Source of the DNA: an uncultured Planctomycetota bacterium
GTDB lineage: Bacteria; Planctomycetota; Planctomycetia; Isosphaerales; Isosphaeraceae
DNA: 64,000 bases
Reading direction: 5' to 3'
Assembly (NCBI GenBank): GCA_963737655.1
Contig: CAVTTN010000002.1
Location: 832,001 to 896,000, forward strand
Below the pieces are notes generated by a model, which worked only from the letters and a program-made list of their open reading frames with translations, did no database searches and was not told the origin of the DNA. How positions within the stretch are numbered: position 1 is the stretch's first letter; each line of letters opens with the position of its first letter. This document shows, in pieces, positions 56,883 through 64,000 of the stretch. Both the position numbers and the translations under genes were made by a program.

Positions 56883-57917
56883 ATGGTTGCCTCGCGCCTC
56901 CTGATCTCGATGGCGGTGCTCGGGCTGGTCTCGGCGGCGTCGCCGGGCTCCGCCCAGGATTCGAAGCCCGACCCCAAGGCGCCCGGCTCGGGTTCGGCCG
57001 GAGAGCCGGCAGGGGAACGCCCGAAGGGGGCACCCGCTCGGGCCGAAGGCCGGGGGCCGCGGGCCATGCCGCCGAGGGCGAAGCCGGGGCCGACCGAGCT
57101 CCCCATCCTGCCGGCCCTGCCCAAGATCGATGAGACCTCCTTCTACGCCCAGGCGGACGTCCCCCACGGCAAGGTGGTGCAGGTGACCTACACCAACCAG
57201 GCCGGCAAGGACAAGCGGATGCACGTCTATCTGCCCCCGGGCTACGACGACCAGGCCGACGCCCGCTATCCCGTGCTCTACCTGAACCACGGCGGCGGCG
57301 ACGACGACTCGGCGTGGACACGCACCGACCCCCGCCGGGGAGGCTACACCCAGTTCATCCTCGACAACCTGATCGCGGCCAGGAAGGCGAAGCCGATGAT
57401 CGTCGTGATGCCCGACACCCGAGGCATCGCCTCCCCGAACCCGCCGAAGCCCGGCGAGGACGACGCCTGCTCCCGGGAATTCCTGAAGGACATCATCCCC
57501 TACGTCGATGGGCACTACCGAACCAAGGCCGGCCGGGAGAATCGGGCCCTGGCCGGGCTCTCCATGGGCGGGTTCGTCGTGATGAACACCGGCCTGTCGC
57601 ACCTCGACACCTTCAGCGAGCTATACGTCTATAGCTCCGGCTACTTCCCCGATCAGCTCCCGGCGTTCGAGGAGAACTTCAAGTCGGTCCTGAGCGACCC
57701 GAAGACGAACGAGGAGCTGCTGAGGGTCCCGTTCTACATGGCCGAGGGGGAGACCGACATCGCCCTGAGGAACGGCGAGCAGGTCATGTCGATCATCAAC
57801 AAGCATGGCGTCCGCAACTTCTGGGTCCTGAGCACCGGCGGCCACGAGTGGGCCAACTGGCGGCGCTACCTCCACCAGACGGCCCAGATCATGTTCCCGG
57901 AGGACCGGAAGCGGTGA
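56883..57917 (+). CDS. Secreted alpha/beta-hydrolase esterase (enterochelin/feruloyl esterase-like)
   Basis: VYLPPGY, YPVLYLNHG, AGLSMGG nucleophile elbow and GGHEW. Confidence 0.9.
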   Translation: MVASRLLISMAVLGLVSAASPGSAQDSKPDPKAPGSGSAGEPAGERPKGAPARAEGRGPRAMPPRAKPGPTELPILPALPKIDETSFYAQADVPHGKVVQVTYTNQAGKDKRMHVYLPPGYDDQADARYPVLYLNHGGGDDDSAWTRTDPRRGGYTQFILDNLIAARKAKPMIVVMPDTRGIASPNPPKPGEDDACSREFLKDIIPYVDGHYRTKAGRENRALAGLSMGGFVVMNTGLSHLDTFSELYVYSSGYFPDQLPAFEENFKSVLSDPKTNEELLRVPFYMAEGETDIALRNGEQVMSIINKHGVRNFWVLSTGGHEWANWRRYLHQTAQIMFPEDRKR

Positions 57918-58438
57918 GGGGCCGCGTCCCGGCCGCTCCGTCGCCGCCCTCGGCCGCTTCGCCCGCCGAGGCGACGGCCGCCGGCCATGACCTCGCGATG
58001 GCCCTCCGGGCCGCCTACCTGACGATGCACCGCCGGGCGAACACCGAGTTCGCCCGGTTCGGCCTGACCGCCGATCAGTTCGTCCTTTTGACCGCCCTGG
58101 CCGAGGGGGACCTGGCCTCTCAGACGGAGCTGGTCCGGCGCACCGATTCCGACGCCAACACGATCAGCGCGATGCTCCGTCGCCTGGAGCGTCGCGGCCT
58201 GATCGCCCGGGAGACGGACGCCGACGACGGCCGGTCCCGCCGGGTCTCGCTCACCGAGGACGGCCGCGAGGCCCAGAGGCGGGCCGCGGAGGGGATCGCC
58301 GCATTCCGCCGGCGACTCGCGGGCCTCGTCGCCCCGGACGGGCTGGGGGCGCTGATCGGCCACCTCGAAGGGATCGCCGACGGACTGCGAGGCCCGGCGA
58401 CGCCTCGGGACGGACGACCTCCCGCCGACCCCGGCTGA
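57914..58438 (+). CDS. MarR family transcriptional regulator
   Basis: GLTADQFVLL, SQTELV, LERRGLI, DGRSRRVSLTEDG; GTGA overlap with the esterase. Confidence 0.88.
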   Translation: MRGRVPAAPSPPSAASPAEATAAGHDLAMALRAAYLTMHRRANTEFARFGLTADQFVLLTALAEGDLASQTELVRRTDSDANTISAMLRRLERRGLIARETDADDGRSRRVSLTEDGREAQRRAAEGIAAFRRRLAGLVAPDGLGALIGHLEGIADGLRGPATPRDGRPPADPG

Positions 58439-58475
58439 ACGGCTTGGGACGACCGCCCTCGGGCGGGCCCGCGGC

Positions 58476-59039
58476 CTACTTCACCCGTTCGACGTACTCG
58501 CCGGTCCGGGTGTCGATGCGGATCTTCTCGCCGGGGCCGATGAACGGGGGGACCTGGACCTTCAGGCCGGTTTCGAGCGTGGCATCCTTGTACTGGTTGG
58601 TCGCCGTGGCGCCCTTGATCGACGGCGGCGTGTCGGTGACGACCAGGTCGATCGAGGCGGGGATTTCGATCGACGCGGGCTTGTCGTCGATGTACTTGAC
58701 CATCACCTTCGTGTTGGGCAAAAGGTACTGCATCGACCCGGCGACGAATTCGTTGGCGAAGGAGAGCTGGTCGAAGGTCTCGGTGTCCATGAAGACGTGT
58801 TCGTCTCCCTGGGAATACAGGTATTCGTATTCCTTGGACTCGACGAACGGCACCTCGATCTGCTCGTCGGAGCGGAACCGCTTCTCGTTCGTGGAGCCGC
58901 TGCTCATGTTGCGGAGCTTGGCCTGGACGAACGCACGGAGGTTGCCGGGGGTGCGGTGGGCGAAGTCCATCACCACGTAGTTCACGTTGTCCATCGTGAT
59001 GATCATGCCGCGACGGATATCGGACGCCTTGATGTTCAT
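58476..59039 (-). CDS. efp: Elongation factor P (PGNLR-loop variant)
   Basis: KASDIRRG, HRTPGNLRAFVQ, YLY, FMDTETFDQ, KGATAT, LETG..VPPFI and IDTRTGEYVER. Confidence 0.95.
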   Translation of the reverse strand: MNIKASDIRRGMIITMDNVNYVVMDFAHRTPGNLRAFVQAKLRNMSSGSTNEKRFRSDEQIEVPFVESKEYEYLYSQGDEHVFMDTETFDQLSFANEFVAGSMQYLLPNTKVMVKYIDDKPASIEIPASIDLVVTDTPPSIKGATATNQYKDATLETGLKVQVPPFIGPGEKIRIDTRTGEYVERVK

Positions 59040-59218
59040 GGGAACCTTGAAACCCCCGGAAAAGTGGCCGCCCTGCCACGGGGACGCGGCGGCCACCGGC
59101 CTCGCGACCCGGAATTGCCTGTGACGAACAGGGTAACTCAGCCGGACCGTCGCGACCAGACCACTTGGCAGTGGTCAGTTGTCAGTCGGGGAGTCGTCGG
59201 TGGGCCGGCCTCCTTCGT

Positions 59219-60271
59219 TCACGCCTTCGTCCCGGCGATCACCCCGCAATGGATCAAGGTCGGGGCGATCCGGCCGACGTCCAGCCCGGCGTCTTGCATC
59301 CATTGGCGGTATTCGGCGGCGCTGTACGCGCGGCCTTCGGTGAGGGTGAACAGGGAGGCCGAATAGAGGGCGATCGGCAGCGGGCCGTCGAGGTCGTCGT
59401 GGAGGAAGACGTCGTGGATCAGCAGACGGCCCCCGCCCGGGAGCGTCCCGGCGAGCTTGTTCACCAGCGTCCGGCACTCGGGCACGTCCCAGTCGTGGAG
59501 GACGTTCGAGAGGAGGATCGCGTCGGCCCCGGCGGGCACCGGGTCGGCGAACATGTCGCCCGAGGCGAGTTCGAGGCGGTCGGAAACGCCGTGGCATTCC
59601 GCCATCTCGCCCGCGACCTTCAGCACCTCGGGCCGGTCCCAGACGATCGCCCGGAGCCCGGGATGGGCCTGGAGGCAGGCGATGGCATAAATGCCGGTCC
59701 CTCCGCCGACGTCCAGGAGGAGCTTCGCGCCGTCGAGCGGGGCGGCCTTCGCCAGCAACGGCGCCACGTTCTTCGCCCGGCCGGCGAGGGCCAGCGTGAG
59801 GTGACGCGCCGACGCCTCCTTTTCCATCGCCGACTCGATCCCCTCGCGGAAGATGAACGCCGCGCCGGTCTCCTCGGACTCGGCCCCCGCCGGGCGGTTG
59901 GATTTCAGTCGATCGACCATCGCCAGGACGCCCGGCGATTGCGCCGCCAGGCCGAGATAGCCGCTGACGTCGAACTCGCCCCCGGGCGAGAGATGTTCGT
60001 GGGCGAGGGGGGTGGGCGCCAACCGGCCGCTGGAATCCGCGGTCAGCAAGCCCATCGCCCGGAGCGCGGTGGTCAGGACCACGGCGGGGCGATCGGCCAG
60101 GCCGAGCAGGGCCGCCAGCTCATCTCGGGACTTCGGGCCCTTCGCGAGATGGCCGAAGACGTCGAAATGGGCGACGGCCGCCGTGAGCAACTCGGTGGCG
60201 TGGCTGCCTCGGAAGTGCTCAAAAATAGGGGTGGGGTCGGTCGTCGGCGGGATCAGGGCGGATCGGGGCAT
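59219..60271 (-). CDS. O-methyltransferase (dimerisation domain + Methyltransf_2)
   Basis: LLDVGGGTG, GDMF, SNVLHDW and LPGGGRLLIHD. Confidence 0.9.
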   Translation of the reverse strand: MPRSALIPPTTDPTPIFEHFRGSHATELLTAAVAHFDVFGHLAKGPKSRDELAALLGLADRPAVVLTTALRAMGLLTADSSGRLAPTPLAHEHLSPGGEFDVSGYLGLAAQSPGVLAMVDRLKSNRPAGAESEETGAAFIFREGIESAMEKEASARHLTLALAGRAKNVAPLLAKAAPLDGAKLLLDVGGGTGIYAIACLQAHPGLRAIVWDRPEVLKVAGEMAECHGVSDRLELASGDMFADPVPAGADAILLSNVLHDWDVPECRTLVNKLAGTLPGGGRLLIHDVFLHDDLDGPLPIALYSASLFTLTEGRAYSAAEYRQWMQDAGLDVGRIAPTLIHCGVIAGTKA

Positions 60272-60275
60272 GAGA

Positions 60276-60869
60276 TCAGGGCCTCGTCGGGGTCAACCAG
60301 CCGAACAATTCGTCCAGGGGGAGGGCGAAACCGGGCAAGACCGCCTCGCCCGAGAGCACGGAGCCGGCGCCGAGCTCCTCGGGCGGTCGATCGGGGCGGA
60401 AGACGAACACGCGGTCCCTCCTGGGCTGGACAAGCCAGCCGAGACGCACTCCCTTTCGGATCAAACGGCCGAGACGCGCCGACAGCTTCGCGACGGTCTG
60501 GCCCGGCGAGAGGATCTCGATCGAGAGGTCGGGCGGGATGCTCACCGACTCGCCGAATCGTCCTTTCGCCTCGATGGGGAGCCGACCCGACGCGAAGAAG
60601 GAGATATCCGGGACATAGGACTCGCCCTCGAAGCTGACGCGAAGCTCGGGAAGGGCGAGCCCGATCCCGGCCGGCTCGGCGAAATCATTGATCCGTTGGG
60701 GGAAGCGGAGCTGGACCAGGCTGTGATGCAGGTTCGGCGACACTTTTTGGACCACCCTCCCGCGGATGAACTCCAGGGCCGGCTTGATCTCCGGCAGCCG
60801 GAGGAATTGCTCCAGGGTGAGGACCTCGCGGAGCTCGTCCTCCGGCTCGATCCGAACGTCGGTCGCCAT
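60276..60869 (-). CDS. Uma2 family (PD-(D/E)XK) endonuclease
   Basis: EFIRG, VPDISF, PPDLSIEILSP, GVRLGWLV and VLPGF. Confidence 0.9.
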   Translation of the reverse strand: MATDVRIEPEDELREVLTLEQFLRLPEIKPALEFIRGRVVQKVSPNLHHSLVQLRFPQRINDFAEPAGIGLALPELRVSFEGESYVPDISFFASGRLPIEAKGRFGESVSIPPDLSIEILSPGQTVAKLSARLGRLIRKGVRLGWLVQPRRDRVFVFRPDRPPEELGAGSVLSGEAVLPGFALPLDELFGWLTPTRP

Positions 60870-61038
60870 GACTCTCCCTCCCGCCGTCGGCGGTTCCTGC
60901 CTTCCGTCATCCTAACCGGCCGAGGTCCGCCGGGCGAGCCGAGCGGGCCGCCGCTCGACCCGTGCCGATCTCATGGATAGAATCGTGCGATCGAAGGCGG
61001 TCAGGTCAGGCACCCCGACGGCGAGCGAGGAGGCGGCC

Positions 61039-61956
61039 ATGTCCCGGCGGTTCGGTCTTGCGGGCGGATGGGCGGTGGCGGCGGTCCTGACGGCGGCGTC
61101 GGCGATGGCCCAGCATCCCAGTCCGGTGACGATCAATCCCGGAGGGGGCGGCTCGGCGTTCGGCGCCGGGGGGATCAACATCAACATCCCGGCCTCGGCG
61201 CCGACGGTGATCAACTACCCGGCCTATGGCTACTCGGGCTACAACCACGGCGGATATTACGGCGGGTACGGCTACTATGGCGGCCTCGCGGTGGTCGCCC
61301 CGGGCTGGAGCGCGCCGATCCCGGGGGTCGGCGGCTACGGGTTTTCGCCGGGCGGTTATAACGTGGGCTACGGGCCGAACGGCGGGGCCGGGATCTCTCC
61401 GTATGACCAGCAGCTCGCCGCCCAGCAGCAATACGCGATGAACGCCAGCCGCTACGACCTCCAGACCGCCCAGGCCGCCGAGGCCTACCAGAGGGCCAAC
61501 CTGTATCAGCAGCAGGCGCTATCAATGGCCGTGAACAACGCGAAGGAACAGGCCGCACTCCGCCAGAAATTCAGCGTGAAGACGATGGAGCCGAAATATT
61601 CCAACGCCCCGGCGAAGGTCGCGCCGAACGTCCCCCTCAACGATCTCCTGAACGACGACGGCACCCCGAAATGGCCCGGAATCGCCCCGAAGAACGACTT
61701 GCGGGCGCAGGCCGACTCGGCCATCGCGGCGGTGGCGAAGGACTTTCGCCAGGACGGGCAGGCGACCGTCCAGGACGTGAACGACGCCCGGGACGCCCTG
61801 TATGCCTACGGACGCCCTGCGCTGGCGACGGTCCGCCGTCAGCATGCCTCGCAAGGGTCGTCGTTCAAGGATTTCCTCAACAACCTCGACGTGGCGCTCG
61901 ACGTGATGGGCCAGGCGCCGACGACCGGGCCGAAGCCGGCCGACCCGCCGAAATGA
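61039..61956 (+). CDS. Secreted hypothetical protein, Gly/Tyr-rich then Gln/Ala-rich helical
   Basis: GAGGAGG RBS; signal peptide ending SAMA; low-complexity YGGY region. Confidence 0.75.
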   Translation: MSRRFGLAGGWAVAAVLTAASAMAQHPSPVTINPGGGGSAFGAGGININIPASAPTVINYPAYGYSGYNHGGYYGGYGYYGGLAVVAPGWSAPIPGVGGYGFSPGGYNVGYGPNGGAGISPYDQQLAAQQQYAMNASRYDLQTAQAAEAYQRANLYQQQALSMAVNNAKEQAALRQKFSVKTMEPKYSNAPAKVAPNVPLNDLLNDDGTPKWPGIAPKNDLRAQADSAIAAVAKDFRQDGQATVQDVNDARDALYAYGRPALATVRRQHASQGSSFKDFLNNLDVALDVMGQAPTTGPKPADPPK

Positions 61957-61988
61957 GGGCGAATCGCTCCGGCCAAGACCCCAACTCC

Positions 61989-62091
61989 TTCACCGCGGAG
62001 CCACGGAGAGCACGGAGGAAGACACAAAGACAGATGGACACCACATTCTTCTTTGTGTCTACCTCCGTGCTCTCCGTGGCTCCGTGGTGAA
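61989..62091. repeat. Long palindromic element, family A copy 2 (42-bp inverted repeat, 19-nt loop)
   Basis: TTCACCGCGGAGCCACGGAGAGCACGGAGGAAGACACAAAGA vs the arm at 62050-62091 (2 mismatches); homologous to 32143-32252. Confidence 0.9.
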
Positions 62092-62120
62092 TCGGGGAAC
62101 GAATTCTCGCCGATCCGCCC

Positions 62121-63161
62121 TCACTTCAGCGCCTCGGCGATCGCCCGATCGAGGTCGGGGCCGGCGAGCTCGATGTGAGTGATCTTCCCGGTCCGGTCGA
62201 TCAGGAAATTCGCGGGGATCTCATCGACGCCGTAGAGGGTCGCCGGGTCGTCCTTCGCGCCCGGGCCGATCAGGACGTTCGGCCAGGCGGCGCGGGTCGC
62301 CAGGAGGAACTTGCGGACCGTCGGCGCGGCCTTGGCCACCGTCCCCACGTCCTGGCGCTGGGCGTCCAGGTTCACCCCGAGGATCTCGAACCCTTTCGGG
62401 CCGTACTTCACGTCCGCGGCCTTGAGCTCGGGGAACGCGGCGATGCAGGGCGGGCACCACGTCGCCCAGAAATCCACCAGGATCACCTTCCCCTTGAAGT
62501 CCGACAGCCGGATGGGCTTGCCGTCGACGTCCGAGCCGAGGATCTCCGGCGCGGGCTTGCCGATCATCTCGATCCGGGCCAGTCGGCCCTGGAAGTGGCC
62601 GCGAACGCTGGCGTCGGGGTGGTTCTTCATCGCCAGCTCGCAGACCTTCCTGGCGATGTCGTACCGTCCGCCTCGAAACAGCCTTTGGAGGTACGCCTCG
62701 CCCACGGCGACGACCTCGGCCGGGTCGAGCCTCTTGCTCGGGTCCGAGGCGATCGGGGCCTTCTTGAGGTAGTTCTCCAGGTCCGCCAGCGATTGGTCAT
62801 ACTCCCCGCGATTGGCCCGCGCGATCAGGCCGATGAAGCTGGCCAGGGCGCGATCCTGGGGGTCGGCCGGGCCGGACTTGAGGAATGCCCTGGCGGCGGG
62901 CTCCGCCTCGGCGTAGAAGTCGCGCGCCACGGCCAGGCGGAACAACTGGCGATAGGCGGCCTCGGCCTCCTCGCCCTGGAGGGCCTCGGCCGTCGCGGCG
63001 AGGTCCAGCACCCGCTTGCGGTCGAGCTCGACGGCCTGACGGGCGTAACTGGCGTTCAAGTCCTCAAGCGACGCATAACGCTTCGCCGTCTCCTGACCGG
63101 CCGCCGTCACGAGCGGGGCGAGGGCGAGGACCATCACGGCGAGAGTCCGAGGCGCGTTCAT
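62121..63161 (-). CDS. TlpA/ResA-like thiol-disulfide oxidoreductase with helical N-terminal region
   Basis: GKPAPE, KGKVILVDFWATWCPPC and IPANFLIDRTG; signal peptide. Confidence 0.9.
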   Translation of the reverse strand: MNAPRTLAVMVLALAPLVTAAGQETAKRYASLEDLNASYARQAVELDRKRVLDLAATAEALQGEEAEAAYRQLFRLAVARDFYAEAEPAARAFLKSGPADPQDRALASFIGLIARANRGEYDQSLADLENYLKKAPIASDPSKRLDPAEVVAVGEAYLQRLFRGGRYDIARKVCELAMKNHPDASVRGHFQGRLARIEMIGKPAPEILGSDVDGKPIRLSDFKGKVILVDFWATWCPPCIAAFPELKAADVKYGPKGFEILGVNLDAQRQDVGTVAKAAPTVRKFLLATRAAWPNVLIGPGAKDDPATLYGVDEIPANFLIDRTGKITHIELAGPDLDRAIAEALK

Positions 63162-63388
63162 GGGCGAGGCTCCGGGTAGGAACCATGACCTTATCCGGCC
63201 CGGACGATCGACTCAAGGGATTCGAGAGGCCAGGCGGCGACGTTTCGTTCTCCGGGGTGCATCGGCCCGAAGCGTTCTCCTCCGAGAAGGAAACGGCCCT
63301 CCGAGGCCGGGTCGGCGGGTTTCACCCGCGCCAGGTTCTCCGGTATGATCGCGGGCGAACCGGAGATCCCCCGCCCCGGAGATGCCTC

Positions 63389-64000
63389 GTGGACCCCGTG
63401 ATTCGCCTGCTTTCGGACCTCGTCGCGATCCCCAGCGTGAACCCGATGGGCCGGGCCCTGGAGGGCCCGGGGTTCCTCGAAGCGGGCATGACCGCGTACC
63501 TCGAACGCTTCTTCGCCGGGCTCGGCGTCCAGGTCCGCCGCGACACGCTCCGGCCCGGCCGCGACAACCTGATCGCTCGGTACGAGGCGCCGAACTCGCG
63601 GCGGACGATCCTGTTCGACGCCCATCAAGACACCGTGCCCGTCGATGGGATGACGATCGACCCGTTCTCGCCGACGATTTCCGGCGGTCGGCTTTTTGGG
63701 CGAGGTTCGTGCGACGTGAAGGGCGGGATGGCGGCGATGCTCTCGGCGTTCGCCCGGCTCGTCCGCGAGAGGCCGGCGGGCTCGGCCTCGGTCGTCATGG
63801 CCTGCACCGTCGATGAGGAATTCACCCACATCGGCAGCTCCCTGCTGGCCTCGCAGAAGCCCGCCGTGGACCTGGCGATCGTCGCCGAGCCGACGAGGCT
63901 CGACCTGGTGACCACCCACAAGGGGGCCGTCCGCTGGAAGGTCCGCGCCGCGGGCGTGGCGTGCCATAGCTCGACGCCGGGACTCGGCGACAACGCGATT
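63389..64000 (+). CDS. M20 family metallopeptidase (ArgE/DapE-like), 5' part; missed by the ORF track
   Basis: Manual translation from GTG 63389 gives DLVAIPSVNP, FDAHQDTVP, GRGSCDVKGG, VDEE, AEPT and HSS. Confidence 0.9.
   Translation, partial: MDPVIRLLSDLVAIPSVNPMGRALEGPGFLEAGMTAYLERFFAGLGVQVRRDTLRPGRDNLIARYEAPNSRRTILFDAHQDTVPVDGMTIDPFSPTISGGRLFGRGSCDVKGGMAAMLSAFARLVRERPAGSASVVMACTVDEEFTHIGSSLLASQKPAVDLAIVAEPTRLDLVTTHKGAVRWKVRAAGVACHSSTPGLGDNAI

Noticed and set aside
50882..59039. kamA as epmB of the canonical EF-P beta-lysylation pathway
   Set aside because: This EF-P has Asn, not Lys, at the acceptor position; there is no epmA in the window; and kamA is coupled to the ligases instead.
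59168..59190. Short CAGTGGT/CAGTTGT heptamer repeat
   Set aside because: Only about three degenerate units; too short to support a call.
60852..60869. Uma2 and CysE both begin MATDVR
   Set aside because: A six-residue match with different synonymous codons and no flanking similarity; treated as coincidence.
60276..60869. Uma2 as a defence or mobile system
   Set aside because: Solitary Uma2 genes are very common in planctomycetes; the neighbouring methyltransferase is a small-molecule O-methyltransferase, not a DNA methylase.

Overview
High-GC bacterial chromosome segment, very probably a planctomycete of Isosphaeraceae type (inferred from E-x-L-E-x-R-x-x-L-S extracellular leader motifs, CRTAC1/ASPIC-UnbV proteins, DUF3500 and an EF-P with a PGNLR loop). 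No rRNA, tRNA, CRISPR array or transposase is recognisable. Content, left to right: (1) a minus-strand ackA-xfp-histidine phosphatase-glgX-LOG-glgP cluster; (2) a beta-barrel, a hidden ~69-aa gene, a GH63-like glucosidase with a BASS symporter, and a DUF4105 protein with a cNMP-patatin; (3) accessory secreted proteins including a PEP-CTERM protein; (4) a tandem duplicated [membrane-anchored double-MBL hydrolase + CRTAC1/ASPIC-UnbV] operon; (5) an EF-hand protein / ApbE-DUF2271 fusion / PepSY-TM flavinylation cluster; (6) repeat-rich surface proteins, GH13, a methyltransferase, an ECF sigma factor and cysE; (7) the best candidate for an uncharacterised system, a five-gene cluster of a KamA-type radical-SAM/PLP aminomutase, two Ddl-like ATP-grasp ligases, a GNAT and a GNAT-HDAC (acetyl writer/eraser) fusion, consistent with synthesis and reversible acetylation of a beta-amino-acid peptide; (8) esterase, MarR, efp, O-methyltransferase, Uma2, TlpA and an M20 peptidase. 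About eleven single-base frameshifts, many in G/C homopolymers, split otherwise intact genes. They look like long-read errors and mislead the ORF track, creating false fusions and hiding domains. Several distinct palindromic REP/REPIN-like elements sit in intergenic spaces. All calls come from motif reading by eye; no searches were run.
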